64,000 nt of DNA from an uncultured Collinsella sp. (GTDB lineage Bacteria; Actinomycetota; Coriobacteriia; Coriobacteriales; Coriobacteriaceae), in NCBI GenBank assembly GCA_959019945.1, contig CAUEQD010000006.1, positions 47,611-111,610 of the forward strand, read 5' to 3'. Under the pieces are notes generated by a model. The model was given only the letters and a program-made list of their open reading frames with translations. It did no database searches and was not told the origin of the DNA. Made by a program: the position numbers and the translations under genes. Below, in pieces: positions 36,797 to 47,504 of the stretch (its first letter is position 1; each line of letters starts with the position of its first letter).

Positions 36797-38069
36797 GAAT
36801 GCCCACGTCGTCGACCCGTCCGTCGAGCTTGACGGTGTCGTTGACGTCCTGATTGACGGCGATAAGATCGCCGAGGTCGGCGAGAATCTCGCCGTCGAGG
36901 GAGCCGAGGTCCGCGACCTTTCCGGCAAGTACCTCGTCCCCGGCCTGGTGGATATGCACGTTCACCTTCGTGAGCCCGGCTACGAGGTCAAAGAGGACAT
37001 CGAGAGCGGCACCCGCGCTGCTGCCAAGGGCGGCTTTACCGGCGTGTGCGCCATGCCCAACACCGATCCCGTCACCGATAACGGCACCGTCGTGGAGTTC
37101 GTCAAGTCCCGTGCTGCCGAGGTCGGTCACTGCCGCGTCTATCCGTCGGGCGCCATGACCCGCGGTCTTAAGGGCGAGGCCATGTCCGAGATGGGTGACA
37201 TGGTCGCCCACGGCGCCGTCGCCTTCACCGATGACGGTCGCGGCGTGCAGGGCGCGGGCATGCTCCGTCGCTGCATGGACTACGGCAAGATGTTCGGCAA
37301 GGTCTTCATGAGCCACTGCCAGGACGAGGACCTGGTCGGCCACGGCCAGATCAACGAGGGCAAGGTCTCGACCCGTCTGGCCCTCGAGGGTTGGCCGGCT
37401 GCCGGCGAGGAGCTCCAGATCGCCCGCGACATCGAGATCGCCAAGCTGACCGGTGCCAAGCTGCACATCCAGCACATCTCCACCGCCCATGGCCTGGAGA
37501 TCGTGCGTGCCGGTAAGGCCGCTGGCGTTCAGGTTACCTGCGAGGCCACCCCGCACCACATGTTCCTGACCGAGAACGACCTGGACGAGACCTACAACAC
37601 CTCGCTCAAGGTCAATCCGCCGCTGCGTACCGAGGAGGATGCCGAGGCCATCCGTCAGGGCGTCATCGACGGCACCGTCGACGCTATCGTCACCGATCAC
37701 GCTCCCCACACCCCGTGGGAGAAGGCCCGCGAGTTCGAGCTTGCGCCCTTTGGCATGATCGGCCTCGAGACCTCGCTGTCGCTCGTACTCACCGAGCTGG
37801 TCAACACGGGCAAGATGAGCGTGGGCCGCATGGTCGAGCTCATGGCCATCAAGCCGCGTGAGATTCTGGGCCTCGACCAGGTTCAGGTCAAGGCGGGCTC
37901 CGTTGCCGACCTGACCGTGTTCGACCCCTCTGCCACCTGGACGGTCGGCGAGGACGGTTATGAGTCGCGCGCCGAGAACTCCGGTTTTGCCGGCCGCACG
38001 CTTACCGGTCGTGCCACCGATGTGTTTGTCGGCGGTAAGCAGACGCTCGCCGACGGCTGCATCTGCTAG
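36780..38069 (+). CDS. pyrC: Dihydroorotase
   Basis: DMHVHLREPG and VTDHAPH. GGAGGTG precedes ATG 36780, which overlaps the pyrB end. Confidence 0.93.
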   Translation: MALLLKNAHVVDPSVELDGVVDVLIDGDKIAEVGENLAVEGAEVRDLSGKYLVPGLVDMHVHLREPGYEVKEDIESGTRAAAKGGFTGVCAMPNTDPVTDNGTVVEFVKSRAAEVGHCRVYPSGAMTRGLKGEAMSEMGDMVAHGAVAFTDDGRGVQGAGMLRRCMDYGKMFGKVFMSHCQDEDLVGHGQINEGKVSTRLALEGWPAAGEELQIARDIEIAKLTGAKLHIQHISTAHGLEIVRAGKAAGVQVTCEATPHHMFLTENDLDETYNTSLKVNPPLRTEEDAEAIRQGVIDGTVDAIVTDHAPHTPWEKAREFELAPFGMIGLETSLSLVLTELVNTGKMSVGRMVELMAIKPREILGLDQVQVKAGSVADLTVFDPSATWTVGEDGYESRAENSGFAGRTLTGRATDVFVGGKQTLADGCIC

Positions 38070-38161
38070 CATAGCCTTATCGCTTTTGTGCGCGGTGCCC
38101 TTGCGGTGCCGCGCTTTCTGTTCGTTTTGACCATGCAATCGCATGGGGGATTGGAGCGTCT

Positions 38162-38953
38162 ATGCCCACACCTTCCACTGCACGCATGCACGACTTCGAG
38201 GTCGTCTCGAACCAGGAGATCGCCGACGGCATCTTCTCGCTCGTCATCTCGGCCCCCAAGCTTGCAAGTGCGCTCAAGCCCGGTCAGTTTGTGAACATTG
38301 CCGTGCCCGGCGATGCGTCCTCGCTGCTTCGCGTGCCCCTGAGCTTCTATCGCGCCGACGCCCAGGCCGGTACCGTCGAGCTGTGGTACGCCGTCGTGGG
38401 TGACGACACCCGTCGTCTGTCGCAGATGGTCCCCGGCTCCAAGTCCAACCTGTTGGGCCCTGGCGGCCGCGGCTGGCTTGTTCCCGAGGGCACCAGGAAG
38501 GCGCTGCTCGTGGCGGGCGGCATCGGCGTTCCGCCCGTGCTCTGCCTCGCCGACAAGCTTGCCGAGCAGGGCGTGGATGTCGACGTGTGCCTGGGCTTTG
38601 GCACCGCTTCCAAGGCCGTGGGTGTCGATGAGTTCCGCGCGCTGGGCACCACGGTTAACGTGTGCACCGACGATGGCACGCTGGGCACGCACGGTTTTTG
38701 CACCGACCCGGCAGCCGAGCTGCTCGGCGAGGGCGGCTACGACTACGTCGCCAGCTGCGGCCCCGCCGTCATGATGAAGAAAGTCGCCGCCGCTGCCGCC
38801 GAGGCCGGTGCGTACTGCGAGGTGTCGCTTGAGCGCATGATGAGCTGTGGCTTTGGCGCCTGCAACACCTGCAATGTCGAGACGGTCGACGGTATGAAGG
38901 GCGCCTGCATGTGCGGCCCCGTGTTCGATGCTTCCAAGGTGGTGGTCTTCTAG
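38162..38953 (+). CDS. pyrK: Dihydroorotate dehydrogenase electron-transfer subunit (FAD/2Fe-2S)
   Basis: C-terminal CGFGACNTCNV...CMCGP cluster. It lies adjacent to pyrD. Confidence 0.9.
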   Translation: MPTPSTARMHDFEVVSNQEIADGIFSLVISAPKLASALKPGQFVNIAVPGDASSLLRVPLSFYRADAQAGTVELWYAVVGDDTRRLSQMVPGSKSNLLGPGGRGWLVPEGTRKALLVAGGIGVPPVLCLADKLAEQGVDVDVCLGFGTASKAVGVDEFRALGTTVNVCTDDGTLGTHGFCTDPAAELLGEGGYDYVASCGPAVMMKKVAAAAAEAGAYCEVSLERMMSCGFGACNTCNVETVDGMKGACMCGPVFDASKVVVF

Positions 38954-39876
38954 TGGGTACTGTGAACATGGCCGTCGATTTCGGCGGCGTCAAGATGCAG
39001 AACCCCATCAACACCGCAGCCGGTACCTTTGGCTACGGTTGGCAGTTCCAGAACTTCTTTGATGTTTCGCAGCTGGGCGCCATCACCACCAAGGGTTGCG
39101 CTGCCGAGCCCTGGCCCGGCAACCCCGCGCCCCGCATGGCCGAGATTCCCGGCGGTATGATCAACTCCGTGGGCCTTCAGAACCCCGGCGTGGCCGCCTT
39201 TGCCCGTGAGTCCGGTCCGTGGCTCGAACAGCTGTCCAAGGACGGCTGCCAGGTCATCTGTCAGGTTGCCGGCCACTCCGTTGACGAGTTTGTCCGCGCA
39301 CTCGAGATGTATGTCGAGCTGTGCCCCTGGGCTGCCGGCTACGAGATCAACGTGAGCTGCCCTAATATCGCCGCCGGCGGTGCTGCCATGGGCTCCACGC
39401 CCGAGGGCGCCTCTTCCGTTATGGCTGCCTGCCGCAAGGTGACCGATAAGCCGCTGTTCGTAAAGATGGCTCCGGTCAACGTTGCCGAGATTGCCAAGGC
39501 CCTCGAGGCTGCCGGTGCCGACGGTCTTTCAGTCATCAACTCCATCCAGGGCATGGCCATCGACGTCCATACCCGCAAGTCCCGCGTGGCCAAGCCCAAG
39601 GGCGGCCTTTCGGGCCCGCTGTGCCACCACATCGCCGTGCGCATGGTCTGGGAGGTTGCCCAGGCCGTCGATATCCCCATCAACGGTGTCGGCGGTGTCA
39701 TGACGGGCGAGGATGCGGCTGAGTTTATCCTGGCTGGCGCCACCTGCGTGTCGGTCGGTATGGCCAACTTCGTCGATCCGTGCGCTTCGCTCAAGATCGC
39801 GCACGAGCTCGAGGCCTGGGCGGAGTCCCAGGGCGTAAAGGACATCAACGAGCTGGTAGGTGCTTTCGAATGCTAG
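38953..39876 (+). CDS. pyrD: Dihydroorotate dehydrogenase, catalytic subunit (class 1B)
   Basis: NPINTAAGTFGYG, NVSCPN and GGLSGP. The start is GTG 38953 (TAGTG overlap, AAGGTGG upstream) or ATG 38968. Confidence 0.92.
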   Translation: MGTVNMAVDFGGVKMQNPINTAAGTFGYGWQFQNFFDVSQLGAITTKGCAAEPWPGNPAPRMAEIPGGMINSVGLQNPGVAAFARESGPWLEQLSKDGCQVICQVAGHSVDEFVRALEMYVELCPWAAGYEINVSCPNIAAGGAAMGSTPEGASSVMAACRKVTDKPLFVKMAPVNVAEIAKALEAAGADGLSVINSIQGMAIDVHTRKSRVAKPKGGLSGPLCHHIAVRMVWEVAQAVDIPINGVGGVMTGEDAAEFILAGATCVSVGMANFVDPCASLKIAHELEAWAESQGVKDINELVGAFEC

Positions 39877-40586
39877 AGACCGATGCCCGCGACCGTGTGA
39901 TCGTCGCCCTCGACTGCGACCGTGAGCGCGCACTCGAGCTCGCCCACGAGCTTTCTGGTCATGCCGCTTGGCTCAAAGTTGGCATGACGCTCTATTACGC
40001 TGAGGGTCCCGAGATCGTCAAGACCTTTAAGGACCTGGGCTTTAAGGTCTTCCTTGACCTTAAGTTCCATGATATTCCGCATCAGGTTCGCGGTGCCGCC
40101 CGCTCGGCCTCGCTTGCCGGTGCCGATCTGCTTTCGGTCCACGGCTTGGGTTCGGGCGCCATGCTCGCTGCCTGCCGCGAGGGCGCCGAGGAGGCGCGCG
40201 AGGACCGCGCCAAGCTCGTCGCCATCACCGTGCTCACGAGCATGAACCAGGATGCCTTGAGCGAGATCGGCGTCGAGTCGCCCGTGGCCGAGGAGGCCGC
40301 CCGCCTGGCAAAGCTCGCTCAGGCCAACGGCATCGACGGTATCGTGTGCTCGCCGATGGAGGCTCACGACATGCGTGAGCTGCTGGGCCCCGATGCCCTC
40401 ATCGTGACTCCGGGTGTGCGTCCGGTGGGTGCCGCCCTTGGTGACCAGTCCCGCGTGGCGACGCCTTCCCAGGCTATCGAGCGTGGCGCAAGCCACATTG
40501 TGGTGGGCCGTCCCATCACCGGCGCCGACGATCCGGTTGCCGCCTTTGACGCCATCGTCGCCGAGCTGGTCGAAAACGTCGCGTAA
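39870..40586 (+). CDS. pyrF: Orotidine-5'-phosphate decarboxylase
   Basis: VIVALDC, FLDLKFHDIP and IVVGRPI. ATG 39870 overlaps the pyrD end. Confidence 0.93.
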   Translation: MLETDARDRVIVALDCDRERALELAHELSGHAAWLKVGMTLYYAEGPEIVKTFKDLGFKVFLDLKFHDIPHQVRGAARSASLAGADLLSVHGLGSGAMLAACREGAEEAREDRAKLVAITVLTSMNQDALSEIGVESPVAEEAARLAKLAQANGIDGIVCSPMEAHDMRELLGPDALIVTPGVRPVGAALGDQSRVATPSQAIERGASHIVVGRPITGADDPVAAFDAIVAELVENVA

Positions 40587-40631
40587 AAGATTCCCCTAAG
40601 TCACCACTTTTGGGTCTCATTAGCACAAAAT

Positions 40632-40689
40632 AGCCCCTGTGCCTGCGTAAACTTTTCCATCCTTTGTGTGGAATCGCAGGTCAGGGGCT
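40632..40689 (+). terminator. Interrupted 8+6-bp hairpin after the pyr operon
   Basis: AGCCCCTG..CCTGCG-N27-CGCAGG..CAGGGGCT. The U-tract is weak. Confidence 0.4.
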
Positions 40690-40825
40690 TAGCTTTGGGC
40701 GCAGTATATTGCACTTTTTGCGGGTATCGTCTAACCTATGGAGCCGCGATTGGGCATTTTGTACGTTCTACGTGCTAAAATGCCAATTATTGAATCAGAT
40801 ATAACCCAACTATTTGGAGGTACGA

Positions 40826-41134
40826 ATGGCACTCCCTCAGCTTACCGATGAGCAGCGCAAGCAGGCTCTTGAGAAGGCTGCTGCCGCACGTCACGCCCGC
40901 GCTGAGCTTCGCGAGCAGATCAAGAAGGGCGAGAAGTCCCTCGAGTCCGTGCTCAACTCCGATGACCCCATCGCTTCCCGCATGAAGGTTTCCACCCTCA
41001 TCGAGTCTCTCCCTGGTTATGGCAAGGCCAAGGCCGCCAAGATCATGGAGGAGCTCGGTATCTCCGCTACCCGTCGCGTCCAGGGCCTCGGCGTCCGTCA
41101 GCGCGAGCAGCTCCTCGAGCAGCTGACCAAATAA
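40826..41134 (+). CDS. mihF: Actinobacterial integration host factor MihF-like
   Basis: LPQLTDEQRKQALEKAAAAR...SLPGYGKAKAAKIMEELGI. The synteny mihF-gmk-rpoZ is conserved. Confidence 0.85.
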   Translation: MALPQLTDEQRKQALEKAAAARHARAELREQIKKGEKSLESVLNSDDPIASRMKVSTLIESLPGYGKAKAAKIMEELGISATRRVQGLGVRQREQLLEQLTK

Positions 41135-41704
41135 GTGAGCGCTCAGGATTCCAAGCTCTTTGTGATTTCTGGACCGTCAGGCGCAGGCAAGGGTACGCTC
41201 GTCACTCGTGTGCGCGAGCGCCGCTCGAACCTGGGCCTGACGGTTTCGGCTACCACGCGAGCACCACGCAAAGGTGAGGTCGACGGCGTCAACTACTTTT
41301 TTCTGACGCGCGAGGAGTTCGACCGCCGCGTGGCAAACGGTGAGTTTGTTGAGTGGGCCGAGGTCCACGGTAACTGCTACGGCACGTTGGTGAGCGAGGT
41401 CACATCCAAGCTCGCCTCGGGCGCGTCTCTGATTTTGGAGATCGATGTCCAGGGCGCCCTGCAGGTGAAGGAGCGTTTCCCCGAGGCCGTGCTGATTTTT
41501 ATCAAGCCACCTTCGCTCGAGGTGCTTCGCGAGCGTCTAGTCGGTCGCGGTACCGAGACGCCCGAGACGATTGAGCTGCGTATGGCAAACGCCGCCGATG
41601 AGCTTGCCCTTGCCGACCGCTACGACGACGTAGTGGTTAATGACGATCTCGACCGCGCGACCGATGAGCTCGTTCGCGTTCTCGATATGCATGAAAGGAT
41701 CTGA
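41135..41704 (+). CDS. gmk: Guanylate kinase
   Basis: ISGPSGAGKGTL, TTRAPRKGEVDGVNYFF and VNDDLDRA. Confidence 0.94.
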   Translation: MSAQDSKLFVISGPSGAGKGTLVTRVRERRSNLGLTVSATTRAPRKGEVDGVNYFFLTREEFDRRVANGEFVEWAEVHGNCYGTLVSEVTSKLASGASLILEIDVQGALQVKERFPEAVLIFIKPPSLEVLRERLVGRGTETPETIELRMANAADELALADRYDDVVVNDDLDRATDELVRVLDMHERI

Positions 41705-41709
41705 GGTTC

Positions 41710-41991
41710 GTGTCCGTTGTAAAGCCTTGCATTGACGATCTTCTGGAGAAGACCGATCACAACCGCTTCCTGCTCGCTTCGCTTGCCTCCAAGCGTGCCT
41801 GCGACATCAATAGCATGCTGCGTGGTCAGCACAACCGCGTGCTTGCCGTCCAGGATGTCGATGACATCACCATCGGGCTTTCCGGTGCCGACACCATCTC
41901 GATGGCTATGGACGAGATTGTCGACGGCGACATCTCTTACGACGAGGCCCGTTACGAGAAGGCGCTCGGCCACAAGGTTGCTGAAGCCTAA
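41710..41991 (+). CDS. rpoZ: DNA-directed RNA polymerase subunit omega
   Basis: IDDLLEKTDHNRFLLASLASKRA. Confidence 0.88.
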   Translation: MSVVKPCIDDLLEKTDHNRFLLASLASKRACDINSMLRGQHNRVLAVQDVDDITIGLSGADTISMAMDEIVDGDISYDEARYEKALGHKVAEA

Positions 41992-43236
41992 ATGGCGGCT
42001 CGCGTCTGCCTGGTCCACTATCACGAGGTTGGACTGAAGGGTAAGAACCGCGCACATTTTGAGCATATCCTCATGGATAACATCAAGGCGGCCTTGGCCG
42101 CCTTTTCCGTGAATGCCGTGTCTCGAATTTCCGGTTATATCCTCGTGACCTTTAACGAGCATCAGGCCGACGAGGCGGCGCGTGTCATTCGCACCGTTCC
42201 CGGCGTTGCTCGTGTGTCTTTGGCGTATCACACCAATCGCGACCCTCAGGAGTACTGTGCCGCCGCCGTGAAGGCGCTGCGCGAGTTTGGTTCCTTCGAT
42301 TCGTTTAAGGTGCACGCCAAGCGCTCCAATACCGATTATGAGCTCACCTCGATTGACATCAATCGTCAGGTGGGCGAGGTGCTGTGTGAGGCCTTCCCCG
42401 ATAAAAAGGTTCAAATGCACGACCCCGATGCGATGGTGCACGTACTGGTGGTCCAGGGTAGCGTTTATGTGTACGCGCGCTCCGAGCGCGGCGTGGGCGG
42501 TCTGCCGGTGGGTTCTGCCGGCAAGGTCGTGACGCTGCTGTCGTCGGGTATCGATTCTCCGGTGGCGACCTGGATGCTCGCGCGTCGCGGCGCGGTGTGC
42601 GTGCCGGTACATTTCTCAGGTCGTCCGCAGACGCCCGACACGAGTGAGTATTTGGTGCAGGACATCATCCGTGCGCTTGAGCCGGGTGTCCAGATCGGCC
42701 GCCTGTACGTGGTGCCGTTTGGCGACTGCCAGCGTGAGATTTCGGTCACCTGTCCCAGCAACCTGCGCGTGATCATGTATCGCCGCATTATGTATTCGGT
42801 TGCCGAGCGCATTGCACACATCGAGGGCGCCAAGGCCATCGTGACGGGCGAATCGCTTGGACAGGTTGCCTCCCAAACGCTCGAGAACATCATGGCCGTA
42901 AACGAGTCCGTGAAGATTCCCGTGTTCCGTCCGCTCATCGGGTCCGACAAGCAGGAGATCATCGCGCGCGCCGAGGAGATCGGTACGTTCGATATCTCGA
43001 CTGAGGCCGCTCCCGACTGCTGCACGCTGTTTATGCCGCGTCGTCCCGAGACGCACGCTAAACTCGATGCCGTGCATGAGGCCTGGGAGTTGTTCGATCA
43101 CGAGGAGATGATCGAGCGCTTGCTCAAGCAGACCGAGTACATCGACTTCGAAAGCAACACGTATAAGGCCCCTAAGACCTTAAAACGCAAACATTCGGAG
43201 CTTGCTCCGCGTGAGATTTACCAAGATCACGAGTAA
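41992..43236 (+). CDS. thiI: tRNA 4-thiouridine(8) synthase ThiI
   Basis: A THUMP-like N-terminus and the PP-loop LLSSGIDSPVA. Confidence 0.9.
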   Translation: MAARVCLVHYHEVGLKGKNRAHFEHILMDNIKAALAAFSVNAVSRISGYILVTFNEHQADEAARVIRTVPGVARVSLAYHTNRDPQEYCAAAVKALREFGSFDSFKVHAKRSNTDYELTSIDINRQVGEVLCEAFPDKKVQMHDPDAMVHVLVVQGSVYVYARSERGVGGLPVGSAGKVVTLLSSGIDSPVATWMLARRGAVCVPVHFSGRPQTPDTSEYLVQDIIRALEPGVQIGRLYVVPFGDCQREISVTCPSNLRVIMYRRIMYSVAERIAHIEGAKAIVTGESLGQVASQTLENIMAVNESVKIPVFRPLIGSDKQEIIARAEEIGTFDISTEAAPDCCTLFMPRRPETHAKLDAVHEAWELFDHEEMIERLLKQTEYIDFESNTYKAPKTLKRKHSELAPREIYQDHE

Positions 43237-43246
43237 ATTTGTGCAT

Positions 43247-43280
43247 AGACCGACGATGCTCTTGCATCGTCGGTCTTTTG
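43247..43280 (+). terminator. Rho-independent terminator after thiI
   Basis: AGACCGACGATGC-TCTT-GCATCGTCGGTCT followed by TTTG. Confidence 0.8.
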
Positions 43281-43449
43281 CTATCTGGGCATTTTGCGGC
43301 TAAGTGTTCATTTGCTGACGTGTGCCTGAATAAATGGACAGATTTGTGCAAGGTTTTGGTCAGCTTTTGGTTTGACTGCGAAAACCGGTTTTGAAGCATG
43401 GCTGTTGCAGGGCTCTTTTCCTGACACGATGTTGTTGGGAGGTTTTGCT

Positions 43450-44163
43450 ATGGCGCAGCGCGAACAACACGAACGGGTCAAAAAGATGGACCGCTGGGCG
43501 GGCAAGCTGCTCGGTCATAAGGCTGTGGTGGTGGCGATGCTGGGCGTCATTGCGATGGCGAGCGGCTTGGCGATGGCGAACCTTGGCGTTGGTGCCGGCG
43601 GTGTGTCGTTTGAGCGCACTGATGGTACGGGCTCGTTAGTGGAGCCGGGATCCGGCGATGCTTCGAGCGGAAAGACATCCGAAGGCTCTTCGACTAAGGC
43701 TTCTGCCGCGGCAGAGGTCTATGTCGATGTCGATGGCGCCGTTGTGTCGCCCGGTGTATACAGGCTCAAAGACGGGGCACGGGTATCCCAGGCGATCGAC
43801 GCCGCCGGCGGGCTGGCGCCCGAGGCTGACGTTACGGGGCTTAATCGGGCATCTAAGGTCACTGATGGACAAAAAATCCATGTTCCAACGGTAGGGGAGC
43901 AGCAGGCGTCCATTGCGGAAGCCGGTGTTGATGGTGGGGCTTCCACATCATCGGGCGTGAGTGGCGCAACAGGCCTAGTAAACATCAATACGGCAAGCGC
44001 GGCAGAGCTGCAGACGCTCTCGGGCATCGGTCCCTCCATGGCCCAGTCGATTATCGATGAACGGACAAAGAACGGTGCTTTTGCCTCGGTTGACGATCTG
44101 ATGCGTGTGTCGGGAATCGGCGAGAAGAAGCTTGCCAAAATCAAAGATTGCATCTGCGTATGA
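43450..44163 (+). CDS. comEA: ComEA family DNA-binding protein (SLBB + helix-hairpin-helix)
   Basis: An N-terminal TM segment, then VYVDVDGAVVSPGVYRL and VNINTASAAELQTLSGIGPSMAQSII. GGGAGG lies upstream. Confidence 0.88.
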   Translation: MAQREQHERVKKMDRWAGKLLGHKAVVVAMLGVIAMASGLAMANLGVGAGGVSFERTDGTGSLVEPGSGDASSGKTSEGSSTKASAAAEVYVDVDGAVVSPGVYRLKDGARVSQAIDAAGGLAPEADVTGLNRASKVTDGQKIHVPTVGEQQASIAEAGVDGGASTSSGVSGATGLVNINTASAAELQTLSGIGPSMAQSIIDERTKNGAFASVDDLMRVSGIGEKKLAKIKDCICV

Positions 44164-46463
44164 GTGCGACCGAGCGCGAGCGTGTGATGCCTCCGCGACC
44201 CCTGCTTCCGTGGACGATGGCCTTGTGTGCCGGCATGTGCATGAGCTGCGCCTTGGTGCTCAACGTGGCCGCTGATGCGCTGCTGAGGGAGCGGGCGCCG
44301 GCGGTCGGGCTGCTATGGGCCATTCCCGTTGCGGCGGCGGTATTCGTTGTGCTGGCTCAATCTTGTGCGCGGCTTGCCCCTTTGAAGCGGTGGTTGTATG
44401 CCGCGTCCGTCGGTCTCGTGGCGGGAGCGGTCGTCTCGGCGTGGTGGGCTGTGGGTGCGCTCAGCGCCTCGAAGGCGCTCGACGGTCGAGCGGCAAGCGG
44501 CCTCGAGTTTATCGTGCAGGGCGATCCATCCATAAACGACGACGTGTATTCCTATACCTGCGAGGCACGCGCGGACGGTAAGAACTTGGCAACGGTTCGC
44601 CTATCGTGCGACCGCGAGCTCAAGGTCGGGGCGCACGTGCGTGTTATCGGTCGCGTTTCACGTTTTGAGAACGATGCGTATGGACGATCGCGCGTGCTCC
44701 GAGGTGAGGTGCGCAAGGTTAAAGTCGTTCGGATTGTGTCGGTCGATGAGGGCTCTCCGGGACCGCTGCTTCGGCTGCGAAATGGGCTGCTTGCGTCCAT
44801 CGCGCCTGCGACCGACCCGGCGCGTGCACTCATAGCCGGTGTCGTCTGCGGTCGTTCGGCCGAACTGCGCGCCCAGCCGGCGGGCGACTGGTTTTCGATG
44901 ACGGGAACGGCGCATCTTATCGCCGTCTCGGGCAGCCATTTGGCAATCGTGGGGTTTGTAATCGAGGGTGTATTGCAAAAGACTCGGTGCTCACGTGGTC
45001 TTCAGCGGGCGATATTGGCGATAACGCTTGTGGGCTACGCTGCCTTTACGGGCGCGTCTCCCTCGGCCGTGCGCGCGTGCTGCATGGTGTTCGCTACGCT
45101 TGTTGTAAACGGCGCGGGGCGTCGCCGGCACGGCGCATCGGCACTCTTCGTAACCATGTCCATCTTTGTGCTACTGCGACCGACGGTGCTGTTCGAGATG
45201 GGCTTTCAGCTTTCATGTGCCAGCGTCTTAGCCATTCTGTGCTTTTGCCCCTATGCGACCTACGCTTTGGGTGAGCTGGGTGTGTCATCGGGCGTCGCCA
45301 GCATGCTTTCCGTCACGCTGTGCTCGCAATTGGCGACACTTCCCATTACCATTCCCGCCTTCGGTACGTTATCGCTCATTGCTCCGCTGGCAAATGCGGT
45401 CATCGGTCCGGTGGTGAGCGTACTGCTTGCTGTGTCGATTGTGCTGGTTCCCTTTTCGCTTGTGGCACCTTTGCGGACTTGGGCGCTCATTGTGCCCATG
45501 ATTGCCGCCCGTTGCGCACTGTTCTTCGAGCAGCTGTTTGCCGCCGTGCCGGGTGCATCCGTGAGTTTGCCGCCCGATAGCATGTGGATTTACCTAGTGC
45601 CGTGTTTGCTGGCGGTTCTGCTGGTCTGGTGGCCGCGTCCCCGTGCACGTCCTATGGCGGTGGGGCTTGCATGCTTGGTACTCCTGGCTGCGATTCCGTA
45701 CGTCTACTGGGATCGATTCGCTCCGCCTTCGGTGACGGTGCTCGATGTGGGTCAGGCCGATGCGATTCTTATCCGCCAGGGCGGCGCAGTAGCGCTCGTC
45801 GACTGCGGGCTCGACGAGCGCATGGTGGCGGCGTTGGTTCGCAATAACGTGCACCATATCGATGCCGTCTTTGTGACGCATTGGGATGAGGACCACTGGG
45901 GTGGTCTGCCTGCCGTGCTCGAGCAGTTTTCGGTTGGAACGATTGCCGTGGCGGCGGATGCGCTGGAGGATGCTCCTGCCGAGGTATTGAACCGACCTGG
46001 CGTGGAGTATCGGCAGGTGCGCCATGGGGATACGGTCGACATCGGCTCATTTTGCGCCCGCGTGATGTGGCCATTCGAGTCCGTGGATGGCGAGGGCAAT
46101 GAGGACTCGCTTGTCCTGCTGCTCTCTTATGTTCAGGAAGACAAGGGCCTGCGCATGCTCCTCACCGGTGATGCCGAGCTCGACCAAGAACGGGAATTCG
46201 TGCAGGAGGTGGGGGATATCGATGTCCTTAAACTCGGGCATCACGGCTCCAAGGTTTCGGTCGATGCCGCGCTGCTGGAGATTCTGAGACCCGAGCTTTC
46301 CCTCGCGAGCGCGGGCGAGGGGAATCGATACGGTCATCCGTCCGATGCCTGCATCGATGCCGTGAAGGAAGCGGGTGGCGTGTTCGCGTGCACCATCGAA
46401 CACGGCGACATTACCGTCACGCCGACTGAGAATGGCTTTGCGATGCGATGCCAGCGACCGTGA
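44160..46463 (+). CDS. comEC: DNA internalization-related competence protein ComEC/Rec2
   Basis: A polytopic competence domain (HLIAVSGSHL) and a C-terminal metallo-beta-lactamase domain (THWDEDHWGG). The start overlaps comEA as ATGA. Confidence 0.9.
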   Translation: MSATERERVMPPRPLLPWTMALCAGMCMSCALVLNVAADALLRERAPAVGLLWAIPVAAAVFVVLAQSCARLAPLKRWLYAASVGLVAGAVVSAWWAVGALSASKALDGRAASGLEFIVQGDPSINDDVYSYTCEARADGKNLATVRLSCDRELKVGAHVRVIGRVSRFENDAYGRSRVLRGEVRKVKVVRIVSVDEGSPGPLLRLRNGLLASIAPATDPARALIAGVVCGRSAELRAQPAGDWFSMTGTAHLIAVSGSHLAIVGFVIEGVLQKTRCSRGLQRAILAITLVGYAAFTGASPSAVRACCMVFATLVVNGAGRRRHGASALFVTMSIFVLLRPTVLFEMGFQLSCASVLAILCFCPYATYALGELGVSSGVASMLSVTLCSQLATLPITIPAFGTLSLIAPLANAVIGPVVSVLLAVSIVLVPFSLVAPLRTWALIVPMIAARCALFFEQLFAAVPGASVSLPPDSMWIYLVPCLLAVLLVWWPRPRARPMAVGLACLVLLAAIPYVYWDRFAPPSVTVLDVGQADAILIRQGGAVALVDCGLDERMVAALVRNNVHHIDAVFVTHWDEDHWGGLPAVLEQFSVGTIAVAADALEDAPAEVLNRPGVEYRQVRHGDTVDIGSFCARVMWPFESVDGEGNEDSLVLLLSYVQEDKGLRMLLTGDAELDQEREFVQEVGDIDVLKLGHHGSKVSVDAALLEILRPELSLASAGEGNRYGHPSDACIDAVKEAGGVFACTIEHGDITVTPTENGFAMRCQRP

Positions 46464-46541
46464 CGACGTCGTTGGCGTGTGGTGGGCCCCTGGGCTAGAA
46501 TGGCACGGAACGAATACGAAGGCCTGCGGGAGGGGAGCGCA

Positions 46542-47504
46542 ATGTCCGAAACCGGTCTGCTGCCGGCATATCTGATCGTCGGTACCGACGGAGTCAAGCG
46601 CGATCACGCCGTCTCGCGTATGAAAGCGCGTCTGGAAAAGTCGGGTATGGTCGAGTTTAACCTCGACGAGCGCGACATGACTAAGGACCCCGATATCGAG
46701 TCCATTATCGGATCGCTTAACACCTTTCCGATGGGCAGCGAGTTTCGCCTGGTAATCCTTGATGGCTGCTCAAAGCTCGCTAAGGCTGTCTCGGAGCCGC
46801 TCGTCGAGTACCTCGCAAGTCCCAGCCCCACAACGGTCTGCCTCATCATCGCCGACTCGCTTGCCAAGAACACGCGCCTGTATAAGGCGATCGCCAAGAT
46901 CGACAAGAAGGCCGTGATCGATTGCTCCGGCACCAAGCGCTGGGAGCTACCGCGCCGCGTTCAGCAGATGGCGACGCAGCATGGCAAGTCGATCTCGACG
47001 GCGGCCGCCGAGGAACTCGTCTCGCGTTCGGGTGAAAACACTCGCATGCTCGATAACGATTTGGCTAAGCTTGCCCAGATGGTCGAGGCGCCCCAGATTG
47101 AGCTTGCCGACGTTGAGCGCTGGATTGTACGTACGGCCGAGGTTCAGCCCTGGGACTTTCTCAATGCGGTCTCGGCCCGTGACATGCGCCGCTCGCTCGA
47201 GCTCTTCAATCTACTGCCCGCCAAGAGCTACGTGTGGACTTACACATTGCTGTGCGGCCGTATTCGCGAGCTTATCGTTGCCAAGGCGCTCGATGCGCGC
47301 GGACAAGGTCGTGAGCTGGCCGCAACGCTTAAGCTCCAGTCCTGGCAGGTCAAGAATCACCTGACCTGGGCTCGCCGCTTTTCGATGGCAGAGCTCGTCG
47401 CAGCGCTCGAGGGAGCGGTCGATGTGGAGCTCGCGCTCAAGGGTTCGGCCGATTCTGAGACCGCGCTTTTGCTCTGGATTACGAACATCTTGAGAAAATC
47501 GTGA
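46542..47504 (+). CDS. holA: DNA polymerase III subunit delta
   Basis: Size and the synteny comEC-holA-rpsT. The N-terminus YLIVGTD is typical. Confidence 0.8.
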   Translation: MSETGLLPAYLIVGTDGVKRDHAVSRMKARLEKSGMVEFNLDERDMTKDPDIESIIGSLNTFPMGSEFRLVILDGCSKLAKAVSEPLVEYLASPSPTTVCLIIADSLAKNTRLYKAIAKIDKKAVIDCSGTKRWELPRRVQQMATQHGKSISTAAAEELVSRSGENTRMLDNDLAKLAQMVEAPQIELADVERWIVRTAEVQPWDFLNAVSARDMRRSLELFNLLPAKSYVWTYTLLCGRIRELIVAKALDARGQGRELAATLKLQSWQVKNHLTWARRFSMAELVAALEGAVDVELALKGSADSETALLLWITNILRKS